This document shows positions 10,201-18,244 of a stretch of 61,465 bases of DNA, in pieces. The position numbers and the translations under genes are program-made. The stretch is from an uncultured Prevotellaceae bacterium (lineage in GTDB: Bacteria > Bacteroidota > Bacteroidia > Bacteroidales > Bacteroidaceae): the NCBI GenBank assembly GCA_947166155.1, contig CAMVDC010000001.1, positions 1 through 61,465 of the forward strand. Direction: 5' to 3'. The notes under the pieces are model-generated. The model was not told the DNA's origin, did not search any database, and saw only the letters and a program-made list of their open reading frames with translations. The stretch's first letter is position 1. Every line of letters starts with the position of its first letter.

Positions 10201-12472
10201 ATACAAGACCACAAACCTCACATCGAACATAAAGAACGCCACATCGGGCAACACCGGTTCATGGCCCCTCACCGAACCTGCCGACGCAAAGACTGCGAGT
10301 GCACAAGCCTATAACACAGGCAACTATGGTGGCGAACTCTTCAACAAACACGGATACGTGAGTCAAACCATCAGCGTAGATCGTGCTGGACTCTACAAGG
10401 TGACTGCCACCATCCTTTCGCGTCAAGGCAGCAATGCCAACTGCTATTCACTCGGCCGCGAGGGCTATGCACTCTCGAATGCATATATCTCGGTCAACGA
10501 TACCTATTGGGCACAAGTGCCCGACTGGTACTCAGCCGCTGCATCGTCGTCCAACCCCGACAACACGGGACAGGCCAAGACCCTCATGGACCAGGGCAAG
10601 TATCGGGTGGAACTCTATGCATACGTAGATGCCAGCAAGCGCATCACCATCAAGGTGCATCAGCCGGCTTACACGGTATTCACATGGTGTGTGTTCAACA
10701 ACTTCACCCTCACCCGCATCGAGACCGAAGGTGGTACTGACATCGAAGACCCCGACGCCGACCTCACGGGCGAAGGATATACCGACCTGCTGCCATCGAT
10801 GTTCCGTCAGTGGGACGACGCAGTCAACCCCACCACCAGCAGTGATGTGGCATGCGAGTACCACATCGACGAGCCAGCCATCACCGTTTATGGCGATGCA
10901 TCGCTTCCATACCTCAACTATGCCGACCTCTCTGACTACGAGAAACTCATCGTGGTCGTGACATCCGACACGCCGCGCATGTACTTCAACAAGGTGGATG
11001 GTGGCAAATACGACGCCAGCAACGAGGCTGCATCGGGTCGCATCGAAATCACACCGGCTGGCGGATGGGCCGAGAAGTATTACACTGTAGAGAACGGCCG
11101 CTGGACTATCGACCTCGCTCAGATGGTGGCCGACAAAGGTTATGCGCGCCTCAACGGCATCAAGGGTCCTACCTACGACACACCGGTAACGGTGAGCAAG
11201 ATGGTGCTCTATAAGACACCAAGACGTCTGCCCGCCAATGGAGAAAAGGGTTATCTCTATTCGCCCGCCACAAAGAAGTTTGTGACAGCCGACGGCACCC
11301 TGGGCAATACCGGTGAACTCTTTACCATAAAGGACGAAAACACCACATTCACCACCCCCGACGGCCGCACATTGCCTGCATTCCGTTTCCTCACCGACCA
11401 CCAGTCGGCTGGCGGCGACCATGGTTCGGGTCAGACAATGCTTTCGGTTCGCAACCTCGACCGTGTCACTACTACCGAGGATTATGGTTACGGAGTGTTC
11501 TCGCTCTACCTGGGCGAGAGCGGCAGCACTTTCCGCATCATGAACGCCAAGAACGCCGACCGCGGTATCCATAAGCAGTATGACTGTCTGGGATATGAAG
11601 GCGACGTGCTGAAGTTTGTGGCTGAAGCCGATGCGCCCTACTGGATATTCATGTCGGAATCGGAATACGAGAAGCAGAACCCCGTGGGCGATGCACGTGC
11701 AGTGTTGCAGCAAGTAATCGAGGCAGCCGAGACGGTCAATCCGTTAGGCTATTCTGAGTCGAGCCTCGATGCCCTCGACAAGGCAGTGAAGGCAGCAAAA
11801 GACCTGTTGAACGACAGTGCAGCCACAACCGAAAACCTTGAGAAGGCCACAACCGAGGTGCAGACAGCGCTTGAGGGCCTCACCCTGGGCGATGGCTACA
11901 GTTTGCTCGACGCTTCGATGTATCACATATGGAGCGGCGATGCACCAGGGTCGACCATCGTGGGCGACTACGACGGCACCAGTGGCGACGATACATTCTA
12001 TGGCGACGGTAACCTCGTGATCGAGAACTATGCCGACCTGACCGACTATGACAAACTCATCATCACAGTCACCTCAAATACTCCGCGCCTGTTCTTCAAC
12101 AAAGTGGATGGTGGCAAATACAATGCAAGCGATGAAAACGGTTCGGGACGCATCGAGATATCGACGGCAGGCGGATGGGCCGAGAAGTATTTCACCGTGA
12201 TCGACGGTGTATGGACCATCGACCTGGCAGCCATTCGTGCCGACAAGGGATATGTTCACCTCAATGCCATAAAGGGTCCTGCCTACGGACAGAGTGTGGA
12301 CATCAGCTCGATGTTGCTGTATAAAGCCCCCGAAACTACAGGCATCAGCCAAGTCAGCAACTGGCAAATGGTGACCGACGAATCTGTAGTCTATACCATC
12401 AGCGGCCAGCGAGTGGCAGCTCCGCAGCGCGGACTTAACATCGTAGATGGCAAGAAGGTGCTGGTGAAGTAA
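7217..12472 (+). CDS. 1751-aa modular T9SS cargo protein with embedded PTP-superfamily (CX5R) phosphatase domain
   Basis: Signal peptide MKRIACTIACMVLLAMTSVSSAQ. Residues ~520-740 carry NIRDLGGW...YRGSELN...AAEIDLR and the P-loop HCAVGADRTG (Cys645, nt 9146-9175). A FIVAR-like helical linker sits at ~aa 1490-1555. There are two ~150-aa internal repeats. The C-terminus VYTISGQRVAAPQRGLNIVDGKKVLVK is typical of T9SS type-A sorting domains. Confidence 0.85.
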   Translation: MNIMKRIACTIACMVLLAMTSVSSAQVTDVSQRRGALAKWSTYRQIANQATDHSAFDQLLVEAEKATTDAETQSYDAQLWTALKHLIATGETKTGQFDLTALVASSFEVREFTNSKTGNVTYTLTDMPAGNYTLKVQAFQRPADNLTSNSWYESGRDVYKTNMFLGSAMQPIKNINDDARFRLTQASSDTEGANSLSVPGSLAGAKAAFNAGLYWNVMRTTVEADGDLRVGVRIASASTDNWMVCGQMRLYYGAKTVEKTLRQLVRYNITEDTYANVETNIVVNPGKPVPLCLPFNLNKSQTDSLFKAVYVLGGVEEVDGKLVGKLVPVSTIEAGHSYYVEVDETTTVGGKDVLMRAVVPDSVPALWEGGYMVGTYMTKGYGATLYLSPALQPKASTLTLQPMDYNDMSFTTNLENTTARRYLATGPYTEASPSVISSYYMTPPLRRDQPKAVVIPVPESTDRIKLTLAFKPDFSDGKSQNFVAGTTMCEVQNLVPQRTYYYKVEQGEEVLTSGQFKTEGVVRMIKASSVSNIRDLGGWTNCDGNTVRYEKIYRGSELNVGQVLNSYDLRKLQMVGMAAEIDLRATYNVNGQNTASTFGSSVPFYFSDLGRWSDNTLQLDVDKWSGTFKFLVNNVNAGKPLYFHCAVGADRTGCLAQLIEGVLGLSRDQMYHDYELTSYSPAGERKKVKLDPAINYVIQSSKGHTMQEHYFHYLVTKLGVSATDLRDFVNNMIDGETAMLHYPLSFDFADDVYFESMSDIYARCTVGSKVHSGARAQLQADGGEATAVTMKVEGPFIVFANTTLNPATTYTLTIPASAIDNPEGTSNTEAVSLRFQTPDTFAQRGYLYAPALDKFVSRGANFGCRIIADNFGLPVAISTDTDGDRLLSFLDNGLYLSHDGYGDRASTATNLKWTIETVDDGFVLKSSTGKYMALTGNSYLTANASTAAQATKLVMKTAAEQREIVSRLQFDNNIAALKKAGVETTDDAIASQIAAYKTTNLTSNIKNATSGNTGSWPLTEPADAKTASAQAYNTGNYGGELFNKHGYVSQTISVDRAGLYKVTATILSRQGSNANCYSLGREGYALSNAYISVNDTYWAQVPDWYSAAASSSNPDNTGQAKTLMDQGKYRVELYAYVDASKRITIKVHQPAYTVFTWCVFNNFTLTRIETEGGTDIEDPDADLTGEGYTDLLPSMFRQWDDAVNPTTSSDVACEYHIDEPAITVYGDASLPYLNYADLSDYEKLIVVVTSDTPRMYFNKVDGGKYDASNEAASGRIEITPAGGWAEKYYTVENGRWTIDLAQMVADKGYARLNGIKGPTYDTPVTVSKMVLYKTPRRLPANGEKGYLYSPATKKFVTADGTLGNTGELFTIKDENTTFTTPDGRTLPAFRFLTDHQSAGGDHGSGQTMLSVRNLDRVTTTEDYGYGVFSLYLGESGSTFRIMNAKNADRGIHKQYDCLGYEGDVLKFVAEADAPYWIFMSESEYEKQNPVGDARAVLQQVIEAAETVNPLGYSESSLDALDKAVKAAKDLLNDSAATTENLEKATTEVQTALEGLTLGDGYSLLDASMYHIWSGDAPGSTIVGDYDGTSGDDTFYGDGNLVIENYADLTDYDKLIITVTSNTPRLFFNKVDGGKYNASDENGSGRIEISTAGGWAEKYFTVIDGVWTIDLAAIRADKGYVHLNAIKGPAYGQSVDISSMLLYKAPETTGISQVSNWQMVTDESVVYTISGQRVAAPQRGLNIVDGKKVLVK

Positions 12473-12494
12473 GGAAAGACTGATTAGTTTTTAA

Positions 12495-12521
12495 GGGAGT
12501 GCAGTGTCACTCCCTTTTTTT
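12495..12521 (+). terminator. rho-independent terminator
   Basis: GGGAGTG-cagtgt-CACTCCC is followed by TTTTTTT, 23 nt after the stop of the 1751-aa gene. Confidence 0.8.
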
Positions 12522-12646
12522 ATGCGTGTCACTCACGATTTTCATAAAAGCCATGGAAATTATAGAGTGGGGCGTATTGAGGAGTGTTTTTGTGTGGATA
12601 GTAAAAATAATTGATGGTTGTGAATTGCCAATTATCAATTGTTTCG

Positions 12647-12654
12647 TATCTTTG
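12647..12654 (+). promoter_or_regulatory. Bacteroidota -7 box TATCTTTG
   Basis: Exact TAnnTTTG, 56 nt upstream of ATG 12710 (DUF2851). Confidence 0.55.
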
Positions 12655-12709
12655 CACATCATTATTGCGTTTTTTTATTTTTAACCTTAATACACACGTC
12701 GGTTGCTCA

Positions 12710-14023
12710 ATGGAATATCTGCTGCATTATACATGGAAGCATCGCCTGTTTCCCTTTGGCGATATGGTCACCACCCACGGCGAGAAGGTCGAGGTGATGA
12801 GTGTCGGTATGCACAATAGCGACGGTGGCCCCGACTTTATCGGTGCGCGGCTGAAGATTGGCGGTGTGGAATGGGCTGGCAATGTAGAGATTCACATGCG
12901 CTCGAGCGACTGGTACCGGCATCATCACGACACCGATGCTGCCTACGACACGGTGGTGTTGCATGTGGTGGGGGAGGCCGATCGCGAGGTATATACACAC
13001 AGCGGTGTATGCCTGCCCCAGCTGGTGTTACGTGTCCCCGACGAGGTGAACGAAAACTATGAGCGGCTGAACCATGCCGACAGTCATCCGCGGTGTCAGG
13101 CCGTGTTGAGGCTGTTGCCCAGGGTCAGTATTACGTCGTGGCTTTCGTCGTTGTGTGTGGAGCGTCTGCACTCACGAGTCGACCAGTTGGATGTGCGCAG
13201 AGGTCAGTTAGGACAGAGTTGGGAAGATGTGGCCTTTGTCACCGTGGCACGCAACTTTGGTTTCGGAAAGAATGGCGATGCATTCGAGCGATGGGCCATG
13301 GCGCTGTCGACCAGCGCTATGAACAAACACCGCGACGACTTGTTTCAGGTCGAGGCACTCTTTTTCGGGACAGCAGGATTGCTGGCAGCCGAGGCTGATG
13401 CCTCCATGCCCGACTACTACCGACGCTTGCAGGCAGAATGGAAATACCTGTCGCGTAAGTTCGGATTGAAACCCATCGACGCCACGGCGTGGCAGTTCCT
13501 GCGTATGCGTCCGCAGAATTTTCCTTACACCCGCATTGCCCAGTTGGCCATGCTCTACCACGACGGATGCCTCGGCATGTCGCGCATAATGGGTGCACAG
13601 AATGTAGAAGAACTAATGCCACTGTTCGACACCTCGCTGAGCCATTTCTGGCAAACCCACTACACATTCTCATCTGAGCCCGTGCGCAGGCGCAGCGGTC
13701 AGCTGTCAGCTGCCTCGAAACGACTCATCATCCTCAATAGCGTGGTTCCACTGCTGTTTGCCTATGGCCGATACCGGTCGGACACCGCTTTGGTCGACCG
13801 TGCCCTCTCGTTGCTCGACGAGTTGCCGGCAGAATCAAACCACATCACACGCCAGTGGCAGCAGGCAGGAGTTGAATGTCGTTCGGCTGCCGACTCGCAA
13901 GCCCTTTACCAACTCACCACCCGATATTGCGAAGCCAAAGACTGCCTGCACTGCCGTTTCGGCCATGAATATATGCGTCAGAACCCGGGGTTTTTGAAGG
14001 AGAAGAGGGAGGACGAAAAATGA
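12710..14023 (+). CDS. DUF2851 family protein
   Basis: ATG 12710 (MEYLLHYTWKHRLFPF...GGPDFIGARLKIGGVEWAGNVEIHMRSSDWYRHHH) matches the characteristic DUF2851 N-terminus. The track ORF starts 33 codons upstream. A TATCTTTG box lies 56 nt upstream. Confidence 0.75.
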   Translation: MEYLLHYTWKHRLFPFGDMVTTHGEKVEVMSVGMHNSDGGPDFIGARLKIGGVEWAGNVEIHMRSSDWYRHHHDTDAAYDTVVLHVVGEADREVYTHSGVCLPQLVLRVPDEVNENYERLNHADSHPRCQAVLRLLPRVSITSWLSSLCVERLHSRVDQLDVRRGQLGQSWEDVAFVTVARNFGFGKNGDAFERWAMALSTSAMNKHRDDLFQVEALFFGTAGLLAAEADASMPDYYRRLQAEWKYLSRKFGLKPIDATAWQFLRMRPQNFPYTRIAQLAMLYHDGCLGMSRIMGAQNVEELMPLFDTSLSHFWQTHYTFSSEPVRRRSGQLSAASKRLIILNSVVPLLFAYGRYRSDTALVDRALSLLDELPAESNHITRQWQQAGVECRSAADSQALYQLTTRYCEAKDCLHCRFGHEYMRQNPGFLKEKREDEK

Positions 14024-14099
14024 GTGCGCACTTTCGGGGCCGAGAGTGCGCACTCGCGGGCCTGTGAGTGCGCACTCGCGAGCCTGCGAGTGCGCACTC
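14022..14099 (+). repeat. array of four exactly 22-bp-phased units, each carrying the 12-bp palindrome GAGTGCGCACTC
   Basis: Units start at 14022, 14044, 14066 and 14088. Three cores are exact and one is 11/12. GC-rich 10-nt spacers. The array starts inside the DUF2851 stop codon and is followed by ATTTTTT. Confidence 0.9.
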
Positions 14100-14107
14100 A
14101 TTTTTTA
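14066..14107 (+). terminator. intrinsic terminator formed by two palindrome cores
   Basis: GAGTGCGCACTC-gcgagcctgc-GAGTGCGCACTC can form a perfect 12-bp stem with a 10-nt loop, followed by ATTTTTT. Confidence 0.65.
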
Positions 14108-14201
14108 GTCAGTCGGCACTATTTTATTTTATAGTGTACGAAAGAGAGTGAAAAAACACAAAATATGTGGTCGGCACGCATTCCGAGTCGGTTTTTTTCG
14201 C

Positions 14202-14209
14202 TATATTTG
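14202..14209 (+). promoter_or_regulatory. Bacteroidota -7 box TATATTTG
   Basis: Exact TAnnTTTG, 63 nt upstream of the nucleoside permease start. Confidence 0.55.
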
Positions 14210-14271
14210 CAGCTGATATCTACTCATAACCAACAGACAATATAATCAAACCAAATAAACAATCGAAAGCA

Positions 14272-15558
14272 ATGAATTCAACAACCAACAAGAGCGGCTT
14301 GAAGTTCCGCCTCACCATCCTTAATTTCCTCGAGTTTGCAATATGGGGTGCTTACCTCACGTGTATGTCGCGCTACCTTATCACAGCCGGGCTTGGCGAC
14401 TATATCTCGTACTTCTACAGTGTTCAGGGATTTGTATCGCTGTTCATGCCTGCCCTGATGGGTATAGTGGCCGACCGCTGGATTCAGGCACAGAAAACCC
14501 TGTCATTATGCCAGTTTATTGCCGGCGTTGCTATGTGTGCCGTTGCACTGTATGGCAACAGTGCGGGAGCAAATGCCAACTTCGCCATCCTGTTCACGCT
14601 TTATACTATCAGTGTGGCCTTCTTCATGCCAACCATAGCCCTTACCAACAGTGTGGCCTATGCAGCACTTGAGGGTGCTGGCGAGGACACCGTGAAGGCA
14701 TTTCCACCAATCCGCGTGTGGGGTACCGTGGGTTTCATCGTCACCATGCTCTGTGTCGACTGGACAGGACTGCAGGATAAACCCTGGCAGTTTGCCGTTT
14801 CGGGCGGACTCAGCATCATAATGGCCTTCTATGCCCTCACCATGCCTGCATGCCCAACCAGCAAGGGTGGCGAGAAGCGCTCCCTGGTCGATGCATTGGG
14901 TCTCAAGGCCTTCACACTGTTCAAGCAACGCAAGATGGCCATCTTCTTCATCTTCTCTATGCTGTTGGGATCTGCACTCCAGATTACCAACGGATATGCC
15001 AATCCGTTTATCGCATCGTTTGGAGCTGAGGAAGCTTTTGCCAATACCTTCGGTGTGCAGCATGCCAACACGCTCATTTCCCTCTCGCAAATATCCGAAA
15101 CACTTTGCATACTGCTTATACCATTCTTCCTGAAGCGGTTTGGCATCAAGATTGTGATGCTCATGTCGATGTTTGCATGGGTGCTGCGATTCGGATTCTT
15201 TGCAGTGGGCGATCCCGGATTCCCAGGCGTAGTGCTCCTCATCCTTTCGATGATAGTATATGGTGTGGCTTTCGACTTCTTCAACATCAGCGGCTCGCTA
15301 TTTGTAGACCAAGAAACCGACCTGAACATCCGCAGCAGTGCACAAGGCCTGTTTATGATGATGACCAACGGATTTGGTGCCTCGATCGGCATGCTGCTCG
15401 CAGGCGAAGTGGTGAACCACTACACTCATGGCGAAGTAGTGAACGGCGAGTTTTACACCTTGGGCGACTGGAGCACCTGCTGGTACATCTTTGCAGGATA
15501 TGCACTGGTGGTAGCCGTGCTATTCGCTATATTGTTCAAGTACAAACACCAGAGGTGA
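14272..15558 (+). CDS. MFS nucleoside:H+ symporter (NupG/XapB-like)
   Basis: 428-aa polytopic membrane protein. N-terminus LKFRLTILNFLEFAIWGAYLTCMSRYL is typical of the nucleoside permease family. About 12 hydrophobic segments. Confidence 0.75.
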   Translation: MNSTTNKSGLKFRLTILNFLEFAIWGAYLTCMSRYLITAGLGDYISYFYSVQGFVSLFMPALMGIVADRWIQAQKTLSLCQFIAGVAMCAVALYGNSAGANANFAILFTLYTISVAFFMPTIALTNSVAYAALEGAGEDTVKAFPPIRVWGTVGFIVTMLCVDWTGLQDKPWQFAVSGGLSIIMAFYALTMPACPTSKGGEKRSLVDALGLKAFTLFKQRKMAIFFIFSMLLGSALQITNGYANPFIASFGAEEAFANTFGVQHANTLISLSQISETLCILLIPFFLKRFGIKIVMLMSMFAWVLRFGFFAVGDPGFPGVVLLILSMIVYGVAFDFFNISGSLFVDQETDLNIRSSAQGLFMMMTNGFGASIGMLLAGEVVNHYTHGEVVNGEFYTLGDWSTCWYIFAGYALVVAVLFAILFKYKHQR

Positions 15559-15681
15559 CAAAACCGACAGCGAATAGTGAAAGGCCAACCACCGAGTAGC
15601 TATTCGCTTGTTCCTTACATAGAACGACCCTCAAGGGTAACATCATCCGATTATTCACTTTTCGACTCCATTTTTTAAACT

Positions 15682-16380
15682 ATGAAGAAGATAGTTTTCC
15701 TCACCGGTGCCGGCATCAGTGCCGAGAGCGGAATCACCACCTTCCGCGATTCGGGCGGACTGTGGGAACAATACAAGGTGGAGGATGTGGCATCGATCGA
15801 AGGCTACTACCGCAACCCCCAGCTCGTGACCAACTTCTACAACGAGCGTCGCAACCAGCTGATGGAAGTGGAACCCAACGAGGCACACCGACTCGTGGCC
15901 AAACTTGAAGAGAAGTACGACGTGTGTGTAGTGACCCAAAATGTTGACGACCTGCACGAGCGTGCCGGCTCAACCAACATCATACACCTGCATGGCGAAC
16001 TGCGCAAGATAACATCGAGCCGTAACCCCAACGACCCGTCGCAAATCGAAACCCTGCCCGAGGGCCGTAGCATCACATACCCCGACGACCGCGCACGCGA
16101 CGGAAGTCCTGCCAGGCCATTCATCGTGTGGTTTGGCGAGGCTGTACCAATGATAGAGACAGCAGCACAGCAAGTAAGCACAGCCGACATACTGGTGGTG
16201 GTAGGCACATCGCTCAATGTATATCCGGCAGCAGGACTGCTCAACTATGCACGCAGCGATGCACAGATATACCTCATCGACCCCTCGCCAGCCAACGTGC
16301 CGCAATACATGAACATCCGCATCATTGCAAAAAAGGCCACCGAGGGAATGCGACAGCTGTATGAAGAGCTCTCAGAGTAA
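15682..16380 (+). CDS. cobB: NAD-dependent protein deacylase (Sir2/CobB family)
   Basis: MKKIVFLTGAGISAESGITTFRDSGGLWE, VVTQNVDDLHERAG and HLHGEL are sirtuin signature blocks. Confidence 0.9.
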   Translation: MKKIVFLTGAGISAESGITTFRDSGGLWEQYKVEDVASIEGYYRNPQLVTNFYNERRNQLMEVEPNEAHRLVAKLEEKYDVCVVTQNVDDLHERAGSTNIIHLHGELRKITSSRNPNDPSQIETLPEGRSITYPDDRARDGSPARPFIVWFGEAVPMIETAAQQVSTADILVVVGTSLNVYPAAGLLNYARSDAQIYLIDPSPANVPQYMNIRIIAKKATEGMRQLYEELSE

Positions 16381-16416
16381 TACACAATTCACAACCCCAC
16401 ATATCGCTAACTTTTT

Positions 16417-17262
16417 TTGAATACTATCCGTCACATCATCATCCCCCTCATTGCGTGGGCACTCCTTTGCCAGCCAACACGTGCACAGCAACCGACATTC
16501 CCCCTGCCCACCATTCCCGAGACACTGACCACCACCGAGCAGTGCCTCCAATACCTGTTGATGCACTATTGGGAGCTATACGACTTCGACGACACCACAG
16601 CCACCAACCAACTTGTTTGGGAACAGGGATTCGTCAATTTCATCGACATAATGCCAGTGGCCGACAGCATGCTATGTGAGCAGTCGATGGCTCTATATGT
16701 AGAAAAGGCACTTCTGACAGATCAGCGCATACAACGCTTCGACTACCTTGCCGACCACTACCTTGCCAACCGCCACTCACCCATGCGCAACGACATCATA
16801 TATGCACACCTGTTGCGCCAGGTAGTAGCATTCTACGCCAAACCTCAACACAAGAAAACACATGCCGCCAGGCTGCAACGCACTCGGTTCTTGCTCGAAA
16901 ACATCGACAAGAACCAGGTAGGCACCGTGGCATCCGACTTCAAATTCAAGGTCGACGGCAAGGGCAAGCAACACCTGCGCGACATAAAGTCGCCAATCAC
17001 CATCATCATGTTCTTCGACCCACAGTGCGACGACTGTCACCGAGCCATGCGGCAGATGGAGGACTCACCACTATTTGCCAACCCCGACATCAACATCCTG
17101 CGCATACAGCCAAGCCAGGTCAAGCGGCAATACTACGTCACTGTCACACCCTCGTTCTATCTGCTCGACCAAGATAAACATGTGTTGCTGAAGGATGTAG
17201 ACCTCAACACACTTTCCAACACACTGCCGCTCTACCTGCCATCATCCCACCCACAAGAATGA
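16417..17262 (+). CDS. thioredoxin-fold lipoprotein-like protein (DUF5106/TlpA-like)
   Basis: TTG start followed by the signal-like IIPLIAWALLCQPTRAQ. YLLMHYWELYDFDD resembles the DUF5106 N-terminal region. The later FFDPQCDDCH is a CxxC-type thioredoxin-fold motif. Confidence 0.5.
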   Translation: MNTIRHIIIPLIAWALLCQPTRAQQPTFPLPTIPETLTTTEQCLQYLLMHYWELYDFDDTTATNQLVWEQGFVNFIDIMPVADSMLCEQSMALYVEKALLTDQRIQRFDYLADHYLANRHSPMRNDIIYAHLLRQVVAFYAKPQHKKTHAARLQRTRFLLENIDKNQVGTVASDFKFKVDGKGKQHLRDIKSPITIIMFFDPQCDDCHRAMRQMEDSPLFANPDINILRIQPSQVKRQYYVTVTPSFYLLDQDKHVLLKDVDLNTLSNTLPLYLPSSHPQE

Positions 17263-17271
17263 TACCAAGTA

Positions 17272-17320
17272 TCGTCCCTTTTACTCCCCTTTAACTTCCC
17301 TTTAACTTCCCTTTTAATCT
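17272..17320 (+). repeat. CCCTTTAACTTCC word repeat (complement of the 43640-43690 words)
   Basis: TCGTCCCTTTTACTCCCCTTTAACTTCCCTTTAACTTCCCTTTTAATCT lies immediately upstream of the prmC ATG. Confidence 0.75.
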
Positions 17321-18244
17321 ATGGGCCACCTCTACCGACACATATTGCAACGCCTCACCAGTCACTACTATGCCGACGATCACCGCTCGGCCACAGCCAT
17401 AGCACTTATGTTGCTCGACGAAGTGGCACATCTCGACACAACCCATGTGCTGGCAGGCGACGACGACCATCTCGATGCCGACACCGTGTCCCGTATCAAC
17501 GACATGGCACAACGCCTGGAGCAAGGCGAGCCAGTGCAGTATGTGGTGGGACATACCCAGTTTTGCGGACTCACCATTGATGTCAACCCCTCGGTGCTCA
17601 TACCCCGACCCGAGACCGAAGACCTCGTCAGTTGCATCAACCATCCACATCCCCACCGCATCATCGACCTCGGGACCGGCAGCGGATGCATAGCACTTGC
17701 CCTGAAACACAGGTATCCAGAGGCAGAAGTAACAGCCGCCGACATCTCGGCCGATGCATTGCATACAGCCAGTCGTAATGCCAGCCGCCTGGGCCTGCAA
17801 GTCGGTTTCCGCGAGGCCGACATCCTGAAACTCGACCCCAAGACCCATGAACAGTGGGATGTGATAGTGTCAAACCCACCATACATACATCCCGACGAAT
17901 CGACTGCCATACGCCCACACGTACTCGACCATGAGCCACATTCGGCACTCTTTGTGCCAGCAGCCGACCCACTCATCTTCCATCGCGCCATCATCGGCTA
18001 TGCAGCAGCCACACTCCACCCCCAAGGCGGAGTCGTGGCCCTCGAGGTCAACTGCCGCTATGCATCGCATGTAGCCATGCTCATGCATCAGCATGGCTTG
18101 CAATCAGTGGCTATAGTAGCCGACCGATATGGCCAGCCGCGCATAGTGAGAGGATATAAACCTCCCCTAACCCCTCCCAAGGAAACCTCCCCTAACCCCT
18201 CCCAAGGAGGGGAATTCCATCCGGATGGAAATGGTAAATGGTAA
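17321..18244 (+). CDS. prmC: peptide chain release factor N5-glutamine methyltransferase
   Basis: SAM motif IIDLGTGSGCIALAL and catalytic NPPY (VSNPPYI). The last ~25 codons (PPLTPPKETSPNPSQGGEFHPDGNGKW) are read from an intergenic repeat module, so the native C-terminus is probably shorter. Confidence 0.85.
   Translation: MGHLYRHILQRLTSHYYADDHRSATAIALMLLDEVAHLDTTHVLAGDDDHLDADTVSRINDMAQRLEQGEPVQYVVGHTQFCGLTIDVNPSVLIPRPETEDLVSCINHPHPHRIIDLGTGSGCIALALKHRYPEAEVTAADISADALHTASRNASRLGLQVGFREADILKLDPKTHEQWDVIVSNPPYIHPDESTAIRPHVLDHEPHSALFVPAADPLIFHRAIIGYAAATLHPQGGVVALEVNCRYASHVAMLMHQHGLQSVAIVADRYGQPRIVRGYKPPLTPPKETSPNPSQGGEFHPDGNGKW

Noticed and set aside
12499-12684. A 61-aa ORF between the giant gene's terminator and DUF2851.
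   Set aside because: It spans the predicted -7 promoter box at 12647 and has no conserved features. The region is more plausibly the promoter and 5' UTR.
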